The notes: generated from the sequence alone by a model not told the origin. Positions 28,479-39,068 are shown, numbered from the stretch's first letter. The stretch: 64,000 nt of DNA from a bacterium (GCA_023144005.1 JAGLGN010000006.1:1841-65840), one strand, 5' to 3'. Program-made: numbers and translations.

Positions 28479-29126
28479 TTAATCAATTAGTTCTTTGTGA
28501 GATTTCACATCACCCTTATAGAGCCATACCTTAACACCGATAATACCATAGGACGTCCGTGAGGCAACATAGGCATATTCAATATTCGCTCTCAAAGTGT
28601 GAAGAGGGATCCTGCCCTTTTTTTCCCACTCGATCCTTGCCATTTCAGAACCGGCAATACGGCCCGCGATGCGCATCTTGATGCCCTTTGCTCCTCTTGC
28701 CATGGATTCCAAAGCAGTCTTTTTAATGACGCGCTTGAAATGCATTCTTCTTGCCAGCTGATTGGCAACATTCTGAGCAACGATATTCGCGTCAAGATTG
28801 GGCTCGATTATTTCAGAGATCTCAACCTTGTATTCTTCTCCCCATTTCTTCTTAAGAGCTGTGGTGAGCTTTTTTATTTCTGTCCCTTTCTGGCCGATGA
28901 TAAATGCGGGCCTAACAACAAACACACGGATCTTGTTCTGTTTTGTACCCTTTCTCTCGAAGATGATCCTGCCGATGCCGGCATCTTTATAGTTTTCCCG
29001 TATGAAATTTTCGATGCCTCTCTCATTGATAACATTCTTCGCATAGTTCTTCTCATTAAACCATCTGGAGGACCAATTCTTTGTAATTCCTACTCTGAAT
29101 CCTTCCGGATTTACTTTCTGACCCAT
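28479..29126 (-). CDS. rpsC: 30S ribosomal protein S3
   Basis: MGQKVNPEGFRVGITKNWSSRWF... with a KH domain. Confidence 0.9.
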   Translation of the reverse strand: MGQKVNPEGFRVGITKNWSSRWFNEKNYAKNVINERGIENFIRENYKDAGIGRIIFERKGTKQNKIRVFVVRPAFIIGQKGTEIKKLTTALKKKWGEEYKVEISEIIEPNLDANIVAQNVANQLARRMHFKRVIKKTALESMARGAKGIKMRIAGRIAGSEMARIEWEKKGRIPLHTLRANIEYAYVASRTSYGIIGVKVWLYKGDVKSHKELID

Positions 29127-29135
29127 AATTACCTC

Positions 29136-29483
29136 TTATTTCCCATCAGTGAGGACAACTTCGACATGGGATGTCCTTCTCTTTATTATAGTAGCCCGTC
29201 CCATGGAGAGGGGTTTCATTCTCTTCAAACCGGGGCCTTCATCAACTGAAATGGTCTTGATGCGAAGATCTTCTTCCTTCATATTCTTCTGAATAGCATT
29301 TGCCAGAGCGCTTTTTATCAGCTTTGACAGCAGCTTCGCGCCCTTTGAGGGCTCCAGCTGAAGAACATTTATGGCATCAACGACGCTGTATCCGTATTCC
29401 TTTTTGATTCCCCTGGCGATCCTTCTCATCTTGAGCGGAGAGTACCTGGCGTATCTGAGTTTTGCTGAAGTTTCCATATACAT
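29136..29483 (-). CDS. rplV: 50S ribosomal protein L22
   Basis: METSAKLRYARYSPLKMRRIARGIKK... Confidence 0.9.
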   Translation of the reverse strand: MYMETSAKLRYARYSPLKMRRIARGIKKEYGYSVVDAINVLQLEPSKGAKLLSKLIKSALANAIQKNMKEEDLRIKTISVDEGPGLKRMKPLSMGRATIIKRRTSHVEVVLTDGK

Positions 29484-29487
29484 CTCC

Positions 29488-29766
29488 CTATTTCATCTTC
29501 TTGACAAGACGGCCGCCATGTGTCTTAAAATATCTTGTGAGAGCGAATTCTCCAAGACGGTGGCCGACCATGTTCTCGGTTACAAAAACTGTGACAAATT
29601 TTTTGCCGTTGTGTACCTGAAAGGTCAATCCGACCATATCGGGAATAAGCATACTTGCCCGCGACCAGGTCTTGATCGGCTTGGTATCGCCGCTTGCTCT
29701 CATCTTCTGGACCTTTTTCATCAATTTTTCATGTACGAAAAACCCTTTTTTTAATGATCTACTCAT
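29488..29766 (-). CDS. rpsS: 30S ribosomal protein S19
   Basis: [19 protein letters not shown]...[17 protein letters not shown]. Confidence 0.9.
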   Translation of the reverse strand: MSRSLKKGFFVHEKLMKKVQKMRASGDTKPIKTWSRASMLIPDMVGLTFQVHNGKKFVTVFVTENMVGHRLGEFALTRYFKTHGGRLVKKMK

Positions 29767-29775
29767 ATGATTCCC

Positions 29776-30606
29776 CTACTTCTTCCTTCTTCTCACGATC
29801 CACTTGTCGGAGTACTTGTTCTTATCCCTGGTTCTCTTGCCCTTTGCCGGCGTACCCCAAGGAGAAACGGGCATTTTATACCCTTTCTGCTTTCCGCGGC
29901 CGCCGCCATGAGGATGATCATGCGCGTTCATCGCCACACCTCTGACCTTCGGCCTTCTTCCCAAATACCTGGATCTTCCGGCTTTGCCGAGAGTGATATT
30001 TGCATGCTCCGAATTGGAAACTATACCGATGGTCGCCTTGCAATTGGTATGGAATTTCCTCATTTCCTTGGAGGGAAGTTCTATATAAGCGGTGTCTCCT
30101 TCACGCGACTTGATGATCGCCGAGGCACCTGCGCTTCTCACCATCTGACCTCTTCCTCTTCCGGGAATGATCTCGATATTGTGAATAGGCGTTCCTTCCG
30201 GAATGTTCTTTAAATATGTGCAATTGCCGGGCTTAAGCTCGACTTCGTCGCCTGCCATGACCGATGCGCCGACATTCAGATTCTCAGGCGTAATAATATA
30301 GCGCCTTTCGCCGTCAGCGTACTTGACAAGAGAGATCCTGGCTGTCCGGTTGGGATCGTATTCTATTGTTTCCACTATACCGGGAATATTCCATTTATCT
30401 CTTTTGAAATCAATATAGCGGTAAAGTCTCTTGGCTCCGCCGCCCCTTCTTCTGACAGTGATCCTGCCATGATTGTTCCTGCCGCAGATCCTGGTTTTGC
30501 CCACGGTAAGAGGCTTGAAGGGTTTATCCTTAGTGATCTCGGAGAAATCGGAAAGCTTCGTGAACCTTCTTGTCGGTGTATATGGTTTATGCTGCTTGAT
30601 TCCCAT
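29776..30606 (-). CDS. rplB: 50S ribosomal protein L2
   Basis: [15 protein letters not shown]...; start at the ATG after AGGAG (the longest ORF starts 30657). Confidence 0.9.
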   Translation of the reverse strand: MGIKQHKPYTPTRRFTKLSDFSEITKDKPFKPLTVGKTRICGRNNHGRITVRRRGGGAKRLYRYIDFKRDKWNIPGIVETIEYDPNRTARISLVKYADGERRYIITPENLNVGASVMAGDEVELKPGNCTYLKNIPEGTPIHNIEIIPGRGRGQMVRSAGASAIIKSREGDTAYIELPSKEMRKFHTNCKATIGIVSNSEHANITLGKAGRSRYLGRRPKVRGVAMNAHDHPHGGGRGKQKGYKMPVSPWGTPAKGKRTRDKNKYSDKWIVRRRKK

Positions 30607-30616
30607 ATCTGTTCTC

Positions 30617-30907
30617 CTATATTCCTTCAAACAGCTCGATGCTGTTTCCTTTCGCAAGTTTCACATAGGCCTTCTTGTATCCCTGCGTCTTGGTGGTGTA
30701 TCTGAAATTAACCTTTTTGGTCTTTCCTTTTATGGTCAACACATTGACCTTTTCCACCTTCACCTTGAAGATCTTTTCGACTGCCTTCTTTATTTCGGGC
30801 TTGTTGGCATAGGGAGCGACCTTGAACACATAAACTCCATGCTCTCTGACATTCTCCGCTTTCTCTGCCAATACCGGCTCTATTAAGATGTCATATTCAG
30901 TTTTCAT
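30617..30907 (-). CDS. rplW: 50S ribosomal protein L23
   Basis: ...[23 protein letters not shown]... Confidence 0.9.
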   Translation of the reverse strand: MKTEYDILIEPVLAEKAENVREHGVYVFKVAPYANKPEIKKAVEKIFKVKVEKVNVLTIKGKTKKVNFRYTTKTQGYKKAYVKLAKGNSIELFEGI

Positions 30908-31530
30908 AGTTCCATCCTTTTATCCAGATCAGTGATGGCATCCTTGGTAAAGACGATCTTGTCAAAATAGAGAAGATCGAAAACATTGAGATAATTCTGT
31001 GAAACCCATTTGGTATTCTCAAGATTTCTGATGGAAAGATCCAGATTCGTATCCGGAAGCTCTACAACAAAAAGAGATTTTGCGGGAAGATTCAATGATT
31101 TTTTCAGTCCTGCCATCTCTTTTGTCTTGGGTTTATCCAAAACAAGTTTATCCAATATTATGAAGTCTTCAAATCTTGATGTGAGCGCGGAGATCAAAGC
31201 TTTGCGTCTGATCTTCTTGTTCAATTTGATAGAAAAATCTCTCTGTTTCTTGCCAAAAGCAACACCGCCGCCGGTTCTAATATTTGTCCTTTTGCGGCCC
31301 ATTCTGGCATTACCGGTACCTTTCTGTCTGAAGATCTTCTTATTGGAGCCCTTCACCATAGCACGGCTTTTCGTGACCGCGGTGCCCGCCCGCCTTGCAT
31401 TCATATATGCTCTTACGGCAAGCTGCATCAATGTGTCACTTATTTCGCCCTTGAAGATCTCATCCTTTACCTTGATCTTGTCTATTTCCTGGCCTTCTCT
31501 GTTGATTACTTTGATTTCAGCCATGATCAC
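30904..31530 (-). CDS. rplD: 50S ribosomal protein L4
   Basis: 208 aa, ...RQKGTGNARMGRKR... Confidence 0.9.
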   Translation of the reverse strand: MIMAEIKVINREGQEIDKIKVKDEIFKGEISDTLMQLAVRAYMNARRAGTAVTKSRAMVKGSNKKIFRQKGTGNARMGRKRTNIRTGGGVAFGKKQRDFSIKLNKKIRRKALISALTSRFEDFIILDKLVLDKPKTKEMAGLKKSLNLPAKSLFVVELPDTNLDLSIRNLENTKWVSQNYLNVFDLLYFDKIVFTKDAITDLDKRMEL

Positions 31531-32204
31531 ACCTCAATATTCTGAAGATATACAACGCCGTTGATAGCCCCGGGAACTCCGCCCTTGACTAAAACAACGT
31601 TCTTTTCAGGAATTACATCAATTATCGGTATCTTTTTCAAGGTAACCTTCTGCACACCCATATGGCCGGGCATCTTCTTTCCCTTCAGGATCCTGGAAGG
31701 GGAAGCACACATTCCAACAGAACCGGGAGCTCGATGAAAATGTGAGCCGTGGCTTGCGGGGCCGCCGGCGAAATTGTATCTCTTCATGACACCCTGAAAA
31801 CCTCTTCCTTTGGAGGTTCCGACTATCGTGACCACATCATTCACCTTCAATGCTTCTACATCGACCTGGTCTCCGGGAGCGTATTTCTCAGGATCCGTGA
31901 CCCTGAATTCTTTCAATACGCTGAAAGTGAAAAGTTTATCGGTATTTCTTTTTTTGATCTCCTTTTCAATATCTTCCCTGGGCATTCCGAAGGCCTTCAT
32001 AATATGAACAAGCACCGGTTTTGTTCCTCTGAACCATTTATTTCTCACCGAACCCATCTGAACGGCATCATAGCCGTGCGTTTCACGTTTCTTTATCTCG
32101 ATAACGTAGTTAGGTTCGATCTTGATTACGGTAACGGGAATACTGACACCATCTCTGAAGACCTGTGTCATTCCCACTTTTTTTCCGATCAGTCCGACTT
32201 TCAT
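31527..32204 (-). CDS. rplC: 50S ribosomal protein L3
   Basis: MKVGLIGKKVGMTQVF... Confidence 0.9.
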   Translation of the reverse strand: MKVGLIGKKVGMTQVFRDGVSIPVTVIKIEPNYVIEIKKRETHGYDAVQMGSVRNKWFRGTKPVLVHIMKAFGMPREDIEKEIKKRNTDKLFTFSVLKEFRVTDPEKYAPGDQVDVEALKVNDVVTIVGTSKGRGFQGVMKRYNFAGGPASHGSHFHRAPGSVGMCASPSRILKGKKMPGHMGVQKVTLKKIPIIDVIPEKNVVLVKGGVPGAINGVVYLQNIEV

Positions 32205-32217
32205 TTGTAACTACTCC

Positions 32218-32532
32218 TCACTTTGTTAACTTGATCTTGACCTCTACGCCGGCAGGCAGTACAAGTTTATTCAGGACCTCAACGGTCTTAGGACTGTATT
32301 CCACTATATCGATAAGTCTTTTATGTATCCTTATCTCAAATTGTTCTCTGGATTTTTTATCAATGAAGGGTGAGCGGAGAACCGTGTACCTTGAAACCCT
32401 TGTAGGCAGTGGTATCGGTCCGGCCATTTTCCCTTCACTTCTCTTCAGTTCCTTTATGATCTGTTGTGCGGTCTTATCAAGTATTCTATAATCGTATGCA
32501 CTTAAATATATTCTTACTCTATCCAATGTCAA
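32218..32532 (-). CDS. rpsJ: 30S ribosomal protein S10
   Basis: ...RVRIYLSAYDYRILDKTAQQIIK... Confidence 0.9.
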   Translation of the reverse strand: MTLDRVRIYLSAYDYRILDKTAQQIIKELKRSEGKMAGPIPLPTRVSRYTVLRSPFIDKKSREQFEIRIHKRLIDIVEYSPKTVEVLNKLVLPAGVEVKIKLTK

Positions 32533-32537
32533 CTCCT

Positions 32538-33731
32538 TTATTCGTGGATCTTGCCAACAACGCCGGCACCAACGGTCCTGCCGCCTTCACGAACGGCGAA
32601 ACGCTGACCTATCTCCATTCCGATAGGTTTGATCAACTCGACCATAATGGTGAGGTTGTCACCGGGCTTGACGATCTGAACATTCTCAGGAAGCGTGATC
32701 GATCCCGTAACATCTGTGGTTCTGAAAAAGAATTGAGGACGATATCCCGTAACAAACGGTTTATGGCGTCCGCCTTCCTTTGCGGTCAGAACATAGATAT
32801 TCGCGTCGAACTTCGTGTGAGGGGTGATGCTCTTGGGCTTGGCCAAAACCTGGCCGCGCTCTACATCAACCTTGTTTACGCCTCTTAACAATACTCCGAC
32901 ATTCTCGCCGGCACGGCCTTCGTCAAGAAGCTTTCTGAACATCTCAACACCGGTCGCGACAGTCTTCCTCGTCTCGCGGAGGCCGACTATCTCAACATCC
33001 TCTCCGACCTTGATAACGCCTCTCTCAACACGGCCGGTTACAACCGTACCTCTTCCCGTGATAGAGAAAACATCTTCGATCGGCATAAGGAAAGGTTTAT
33101 CCAATGGCCTCTCAGGATCAGGTATGGAGTTATCCATAGCGTCTAATAGTTCCTGAATACATTTATAAGCGTCTGAATCAGCATCATCAGATTCGCCGGC
33201 TTTCAAAGCGCTGCCCTGTATAACAGGAACATCGTCGCCGGGAAATTCATACTGGTTCAGAAGATCTCTTACATCCATCTCTGACAGCTCGATCATCTCA
33301 GGATCATCGACCATGTCGACCTTGTTCAGGAAAACGACAATGTAGGGTACATTGACCTGACGGGCCAGCAAAATGTGCTCTCTCGTCTGGGGCATGGGGC
33401 CGTCCGCTGCTGAAACAACAACGACAGCACCGTCCATCTGAGCGGCACCGGTGATCATATTCTTGATATAATCAGCATGTCCGGGACAGTCAACATGAGC
33501 ATAATGACGCTTCTCTGTCGAATACTCAACATGAGCTGTATTGATCGTAATTCCCCTTGCTTTCTCTTCCGGGGCCTTATCGATCGCATCAAACGGCGTA
33601 TAATCCGCCATCCCCTTGAGATGCAGATATTTAGTGATCGCCGCAGTTAACGTGGTCTTTCCATGATCAACGTGGCCTATTGTGCCGACATTGACATGTG
33701 GTTTAATTCGTTCAAATTTTTCCTTAGCCAT
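32538..33731 (-). CDS. tuf: Elongation factor Tu
   Basis: [18 protein letters not shown] and NKVD GTPase motifs; 397 aa. Confidence 0.95.
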   Translation of the reverse strand: MAKEKFERIKPHVNVGTIGHVDHGKTTLTAAITKYLHLKGMADYTPFDAIDKAPEEKARGITINTAHVEYSTEKRHYAHVDCPGHADYIKNMITGAAQMDGAVVVVSAADGPMPQTREHILLARQVNVPYIVVFLNKVDMVDDPEMIELSEMDVRDLLNQYEFPGDDVPVIQGSALKAGESDDADSDAYKCIQELLDAMDNSIPDPERPLDKPFLMPIEDVFSITGRGTVVTGRVERGVIKVGEDVEIVGLRETRKTVATGVEMFRKLLDEGRAGENVGVLLRGVNKVDVERGQVLAKPKSITPHTKFDANIYVLTAKEGGRHKPFVTGYRPQFFFRTTDVTGSITLPENVQIVKPGDNLTIMVELIKPIGMEIGQRFAVREGGRTVGAGVVGKIHE

Positions 33732-33754
33732 AAGTTCCTCCTAATTTAAATTTT

Positions 33755-35827
33755 CTAGAAAGAGTATCCCTGTAAAAGCTCTTTCTGTTCACCCGGCGGC
33801 AGCGGCCTGAATTCCATGAATTCAAGATTAATATTGCCGCGTCCCTGGGTAAGGGAGCGAAGTTCCGTAGTGTATTTAAACATCTTGCTCAGCGGTATTG
33901 CGCCCTTAATGATCTTCAATGCTCCCTTGGGGATAACATCCCTCACTGTAGCACCCTTGGAGTTGATGGAGTTGAATACATCTCCAAAATACTCCTCGGG
34001 GGCGTAGAGCTCGAATTTCATATAGGGTTCAAGCATAACGGGCTTCCCTCTTTGCAGCCCGTTCATGACACCGTTGGATAACGCCATCTTGTACAGGGTT
34101 ACATTCAGGTTCTCACTTCCAGTCACCAGTTCTCTGATGATGAGTTTGACTCCCATTAATGGATAACCGCTTAATACACCTACGGATAACAGGTTCTCGG
34201 CAGCCTCTTGGAGTTCTCTTACAAAAGTCCTGTGAAATTTATCATTGAGCTTTTTCAATGACATCTCCACACGATTCTTATCGTTGTCTTCCAGTGGCTC
34301 GAGATCAATAATGATCTCGGCACTTCCCATTTCATTGGCAACCTTCCCTCTGATGCCGTAAACGGCTTCAGAAATAGATTCCCGGAATGAAACCCTGGGT
34401 TTGCCCGATTTCACATCGATCTTTGCTTCTCTAAACAGACGGTCTAGAATGATCTCCAAATGCAATTCTCCCATACCGTAAATGATCAATTGCCCTGTCT
34501 CCTCACTTTCCCTGAAGGCAAATGAGGGGTCTTCGAACTTATAATCCTCAAGGATACTGATCAATTTGTCGTAGTCCTTATTGGATCGAGGTTCAATGGC
34601 AAGTGATATAACGGGTTTCGGGACTTCAATAACATCCAGCACCAATGGGAAGTCGGGGGTAGATAAGGTATCTGCCGTTTTAGAGAACTTCAAGCCGGCA
34701 ATGCCGACGAAATTCCCCGCAAAGGCTTCTTCTATCTCCTTTTTCGAATTGGCGTGCATCTGGAAGATCTTAAGGACCTTCTCCTTTTTCCTGCTCACGT
34801 CGTTAAAGATAACCTGTCCGCGTTTCAAAGAGCCTGAATAGATCCTCACGAAGGACAATTTGTCCAAAAAAGGATCCTTCATAATTTTGAACACATAGCC
34901 TAAAAAACTATTATGTTCCAGGGGGTTAATGTTAACCCTTTCATTGTTCCTGGGATCGACACCATTCAATGATGCAATATCCGCAGGGGAAGGCAGAAAG
35001 TCTACTATCCCGTCAAGGAGCGGGAGGATTCCCACATTCTTCAATGCAGAACCGGTCAGTACCGGAATTAGCTTCCGGCTCAAAACCAGGTCTCTGAAGG
35101 TTGCTTTGAAGTCATCCTGGGAAATTTCTTCGCCTTCAAGGTACAGAGCCAGTAGATCCTCATTATTTTCAACCACGCTTTCAATGAGTATCTTTCGCCT
35201 GGATTCTACCTCATCCTTGATATCATCCGGAAGTTCGGAAGTGGCGGTCAATTCGCCCCCTTCGTCTTCCCGGTGTAACAAATTTCTTGTAAAAAGATCA
35301 ATGACCCCGTAAAGTTTCTCATCCCTATAATAAGGAATGTTGACGGCCACGGGATCTACAGAAAACTTTTTTCTGATGTCGTCAATGGCAAATACATAAT
35401 CCGCTCCGGCTCGGTCAAGTTTGTTAATACAGACCAGCCTCGGAACATTGAACTTATCGGCTTGGTGCCAGACGGTTTCGGATTGGGGCTGTACTCCCGC
35501 AACTCCATCAAATATAACGACCAGGCCGTCAAGTACCCTAATGGCCTTCTCCACCTCAAGTGTGAAGTCCACATGGCCGGGAGTATCAATAATGTTTATC
35601 TGATGCTCCTTATAATAGGTCGTGGTGACCGCGGATTGTATCGTTATTCCGCGCTCTCTCTCCTGGTCCATCCAGTCCATCTGGGTGGTGCCGTAGTCCA
35701 CTTCCCCTATCTTATGGGTTTTGCCAGTAAAAAAAAGAACTCGTTCGGTGGTAGTGGTCTTACCCGCGTCTATATGGGCTATGAAGCCTATATTCCTAAT
35801 TGCCGGACCGGATAACTCTCCTACCAT
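33755..35827 (-). CDS. fusA: Elongation factor G
   Basis: AHIDAGKTTTTE, DTPGHVDF and NKLD; 690 aa. Confidence 0.95.
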   Translation of the reverse strand: MVGELSGPAIRNIGFIAHIDAGKTTTTERVLFFTGKTHKIGEVDYGTTQMDWMDQERERGITIQSAVTTTYYKEHQINIIDTPGHVDFTLEVEKAIRVLDGLVVIFDGVAGVQPQSETVWHQADKFNVPRLVCINKLDRAGADYVFAIDDIRKKFSVDPVAVNIPYYRDEKLYGVIDLFTRNLLHREDEGGELTATSELPDDIKDEVESRRKILIESVVENNEDLLALYLEGEEISQDDFKATFRDLVLSRKLIPVLTGSALKNVGILPLLDGIVDFLPSPADIASLNGVDPRNNERVNINPLEHNSFLGYVFKIMKDPFLDKLSFVRIYSGSLKRGQVIFNDVSRKKEKVLKIFQMHANSKKEIEEAFAGNFVGIAGLKFSKTADTLSTPDFPLVLDVIEVPKPVISLAIEPRSNKDYDKLISILEDYKFEDPSFAFRESEETGQLIIYGMGELHLEIILDRLFREAKIDVKSGKPRVSFRESISEAVYGIRGKVANEMGSAEIIIDLEPLEDNDKNRVEMSLKKLNDKFHRTFVRELQEAAENLLSVGVLSGYPLMGVKLIIRELVTGSENLNVTLYKMALSNGVMNGLQRGKPVMLEPYMKFELYAPEEYFGDVFNSINSKGATVRDVIPKGALKIIKGAIPLSKMFKYTTELRSLTQGRGNINLEFMEFRPLPPGEQKELLQGYSF

Positions 35828-35835
35828 TTTTCATA

Positions 35836-36309
35836 TTACCAATTATAATGCGCAAATGCCTTATTGGCTTCTGCCATTCTATGTGTATCATCTTTCTTCT
35901 TTACAGTGGCGCCTTTATTGTCCAGAATATCCAGGAATTCACCTGTGAGCTTCTCGGTCATGGTGTGCCCTGAGCGTTTTCTTGAAAAGGAAATGATCCA
36001 TCTCATCGCCAATGCTGTTGAGCGTTTCTTGTTGACCTCGATAGGTATTTGATAATTGGTACCACCAAGCCTTCTGGATTTAACTTCCACATGGGGCCTG
36101 ATCTTCTCTATAATCGTTTCAAATATCTCCAAGGCACTTTTCCCCGTTTTCTTCTCCAAAGCTTCCAGTGTTCCGTACACGATCTTGGTGGCGGTACTTT
36201 TCTTACCGTCCATCATTATCATATTGATAAATCTGGCCAAAAGCCTCGAATTGTACTTGAAATCAGGGTTAAGTCCGTATTTAAGTTTCTTAAAAGGTTT
36301 CCTTGACAT
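35836..36309 (-). CDS. rpsG: 30S ribosomal protein S7
   Basis: ...[15 protein letters not shown]... Confidence 0.9.
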   Translation of the reverse strand: MSRKPFKKLKYGLNPDFKYNSRLLARFINMIMMDGKKSTATKIVYGTLEALEKKTGKSALEIFETIIEKIRPHVEVKSRRLGGTNYQIPIEVNKKRSTALAMRWIISFSRKRSGHTMTEKLTGEFLDILDNKGATVKKKDDTHRMAEANKAFAHYNW

Positions 36310-36311
36310 AA

Positions 36312-36695
36312 TTACACCTTGCTTTTCTTGGGCTTTTTGGCCCCGTATTTTGATCTTCCCCGTCTGCGTTCTTCGACACCAGCAGCGTCATATTTTCCGC
36401 GGATGATATGATATCTTACTCCGGGAAGATCTTTCACTCTACCACCCCTGATAAGGACAACATGATGCTCTTGGAGTTCATGGCCTTCGCCGGGAATATA
36501 TGCAGTTACTTCAATACCGTTCGTTAATCTTACCCTTGCGACCTTTCTCAGTGCTGAGTTAGGTTTCTTAGGGGTTCTTGTCGACACCCTCAGGCAGAAT
36601 CCTCTTTTCTGAGGTGAGTTCTGCAATGCCGGTGACTTCGACTTTTTCTTCGACTTTTTCCTGCCATTTCTGAGCAGTTGGTTTATAGTAGGCAT
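36312..36695 (-). CDS. rpsL: 30S ribosomal protein S12
   Basis: [14 protein letters not shown]...[19 protein letters not shown]... Confidence 0.95.
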   Translation of the reverse strand: MPTINQLLRNGRKKSKKKSKSPALQNSPQKRGFCLRVSTRTPKKPNSALRKVARVRLTNGIEVTAYIPGEGHELQEHHVVLIRGGRVKDLPGVRYHIIRGKYDAAGVEERRRGRSKYGAKKPKKSKV

Positions 36696-37146
36696 TGTTC
36701 CTCCTCTTTTTGCAATTTATCGTTCAAACAGCCTATTTATTTTTCTACGCAACAAAAAAGATATTTTACCAGTTTTATTTTGAAAGTCAAGTATTTATGG
36801 GAGATTAATGAATAAATAATTGGCTTAAAATGGTGCCGTCGGGATATATTACTTCCTATCTATATACACATTGGGCATATTCTCGCTTATTAATTATTAT
36901 TTACCAATATCCGCATCCGTAGCCGAAAAGCCAATATTCGTTCAAGTAGCGAATGTCGTACCTTAAGGGAGGGATTCCCCGCTTTCGCGGGAATGAAGAG
37001 AAGAAGGCAGAATTGCAGAAAACAGATGTGAAGAATGTTCCGTTTAATTCTAAACATTGCGTAGAGTGTACAATTGCTACGCAATTTTCAACTCTCCGCT
37101 TGGTACTTTTACATCGGGACAGTCGAACGCCTGCGGCGTACGGCAT

Positions 37147-37336
37147 GTCCCCTATCTTGGTTGGGGTACGGCGTGATATGATTGTATCAGTAGAATGAAT
37201 GGTTTAAGCGAAATATTGATTTTCCGTTACGGATGTGTTTCTTTTCCATTTCCCCACTTGTGCCTTGTGCTCTTCTCCCTGTTCCACTGGGCTACTGGGT
37301 CACTGGGTTACTGGGAAGCGCGTACCCGCTTCGCTA
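37147..37336. repeat. Interspersed repeat family B, full copy: modules 'gtcccctatcttgg ttggggtacggcgtga...', 'cgaaatattgattttccgttacggatg' and the 'gttccactgggctactgggtcactgggttactggg' microrepeat
   Basis: High similarity to 43191-43400 in the first two modules and to 39712-39900 and 11110-11250 in the last two. Confidence 0.7.
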
Positions 37337-37636
37337 TCCCCAATTGATATCAAATTCAGTTATATCATCTCCTTTGGTAAGAGACTTGGTGACCTTGACA
37401 GAAAGGTCTTTGACCCCGGTCATCATCATGGCGGTATGTATCCATCCGTGGATTCCGGGTTCTATATATTTGTTCATATCCTGAAAATCGATGATCTGTA
37501 CCTTGGCGGAGTTCTTTTTCAGCTCTACTGTCTGCATCGCGGAAGGTTTATAATAGGATGGGAAAATAACGCTTGCTTTTTTGATGATGAAGGAAGGGCT
37601 TCCCATTTTCACAAAGATCTTGTAAATACCTGTCAA
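37334..37636 (-). CDS. Hypothetical protein, ~100 aa; the frame continues upstream into the MITE TIR where the MITE ATG is mutated to ATA
   Basis: ORF MTGIYKIFVKMGSPSF... (TTG start in the ORF track). Upstream in frame is ...VFINQNTLGIFSAEFA from 'ttataaatcagaacact'. Confidence 0.35.
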   Translation of the reverse strand: MTGIYKIFVKMGSPSFIIKKASVIFPSYYKPSAMQTVELKKNSAKVQIIDFQDMNKYIEPGIHGWIHTAMMMTGVKDLSVKVTKSLTKGDDITEFDINWG

Positions 37637-37663
37637 AGCGAATTCGGCGCTGAAGATGCCTAA

Positions 37664-37946
37664 AGTGTTCTGATTTATAAATACGATGACAATGGAATGT
37701 TTAGATTTGAGTCAATTCCAACGAACAATGAGCACGGCGTACCCTTAGTGGTACGCAAGCGAAGAGAGAGGAAGAAATTGACCAAAGATAAGATTCCCTT
37801 CGGACTGATGCTCTTTTTCTGTCTTCGGCGTTCCTCGTCCCTTACATACCGCTGCGGGTATGCAGCGCTCCTCGCGCCTTGAATACGGAATAAAATAGCA
37901 TCAGCCATTGTTGCCGTCTTTATGAATCAGATCACTATCATAGGTC
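37664..37946. repeat. MITE family A, full-length copy
   Basis: TIRs 'agtgttctgatttataaatacg' and 'tctttatgaatcagatcact'. Confidence 0.85.
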
Positions 37947-38209
37947 ACTTGCATATCTCCATTACAAAGCTTCTCTACGATGGCCTTTGTGGGTATAGTA
38001 ACGGCATCTTCCATAGAATACCACGCTCCCACGAAGGGGTTCTCCAGGATCTCTCTTGATCTTTCAGGCAGAGAGGCATACCATTCATCATATTTATTCG
38101 GATAATGTTTCTTGACATATTCCCTTAAGGGAAGAACCGCCGCGCCTTTTACTTCCATATATTTTACTCCTCTATTTGGGGACGGTGGTTGCAAAAGTTG
38201 CAAGTCCAT
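37901..38209 (-). CDS. Hypothetical small protein; the C-terminal codons and stop lie inside the MITE, and the N-terminal codons lie inside the 24 bp inverted repeat (probable true start MEVKG at ~38158)
   Basis: ORF MDLQLLQPPSPNRGVKYMEVKGAAVLPLREYVKKHYPNKYDEWY... Confidence 0.35.
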   Translation of the reverse strand: MDLQLLQPPSPNRGVKYMEVKGAAVLPLREYVKKHYPNKYDEWYASLPERSREILENPFVGAWYSMEDAVTIPTKAIVEKLCNGDMQVTYDSDLIHKDGNNG

Positions 38210-38407
38210 CCCTGCTCCTCTTGTATTGCACCTTTATTAGTATATTTATAACCTTATCGAACCTCGCTTTGAGGCATTGCTTCATGTATCTCATATCGGT
38301 CTTGCATCATGCTTATTGCAATAAGTATTCAGCCCAGTATAATAGGAGTTACCCAGCCTCCTGCTAGGGAAATATTCACTTCCTGCAACTTTTGCAACCA
38401 CCGTCCC
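38179..38407. repeat. ~230 bp element bounded by perfect 24 bp inverted repeats 'gggacggtggttgcaaaagttgca'
   Basis: Left copy 38179-38202; right copy (reverse complement) 38384-38407; ~180 bp AT-rich spacer containing 'cagtataatagg'. Confidence 0.8.
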
Positions 38408-38420
38408 TATTTTTTATTTT

Positions 38421-39068
38421 TTAAAGAATATTCAGTCCTATTCCTAATGCGACCATCAGATTGATATATCTGGAAGACATTCCTTCCACCGTTGCCGTGG
38501 TCTCCAGATCCGAGAGTCCCATCGCAAAGCGGCCATCCAATGACATGCGGACATTGAAAAGATAAAAATCGAACCCCAGACCGAATACTAATGAAAAATT
38601 TACATTCGCGGCCTGATCCTTGATATCTTCCCATGCGCCGTCCAATGTAAGTTTTTCTGCCTTCGTCAATATTGAAAATGATGGGCCTATTAGAAAGTAC
38701 GGTTTAATTATAGGCATATTCAACCGAAGCTTTAGAAGCACAGGTATCTCGATATAATCACTGACCCTCTCCTTGTAATTGAAGGTGGTTTCCGCCACTT
38801 CAGACAGTTGAGAGATATTATGCAGATAGTATATTTCGGTCTGAATTGAGACTACCTTGAAAAGGTTGATGGAGCCGTATATTCCGAAGTTGAATCCGGC
38901 GGACGGATCAAAATTCTCATTAAGGGAAGCCTCGGTGGAGTCATCTGTAGCGGTGATCTGCACATCGGCAAAACTTGTGCCGAATTTCAAGCCCAGATCA
39001 AGCAGGTCAGCTTGCAGAAATGCAGCCGAGAACATAAGCATCAATGTAAGGACAATTATCTTTTTCAT
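38421..39068 (-). CDS. Outer-membrane beta-barrel protein (OmpA-like / porin-family small barrel) with signal peptide
   Basis: MKKIIVLTLMLMFSAAFLQA signal, alternating amphipathic strands, C-terminal ...VALGIGLNIL. Confidence 0.55.
   Translation of the reverse strand: MKKIIVLTLMLMFSAAFLQADLLDLGLKFGTSFADVQITATDDSTEASLNENFDPSAGFNFGIYGSINLFKVVSIQTEIYYLHNISQLSEVAETTFNYKERVSDYIEIPVLLKLRLNMPIIKPYFLIGPSFSILTKAEKLTLDGAWEDIKDQAANVNFSLVFGLGFDFYLFNVRMSLDGRFAMGLSDLETTATVEGMSSRYINLMVALGIGLNIL

Noticed and set aside
36901-37146. 81-aa ORFs on both strands in the rpsL leader (36890-37198)
   Set aside because: They have no RBS and fall in a region that carries hairpins and an interspersed repeat. They are more plausibly non-coding leader.
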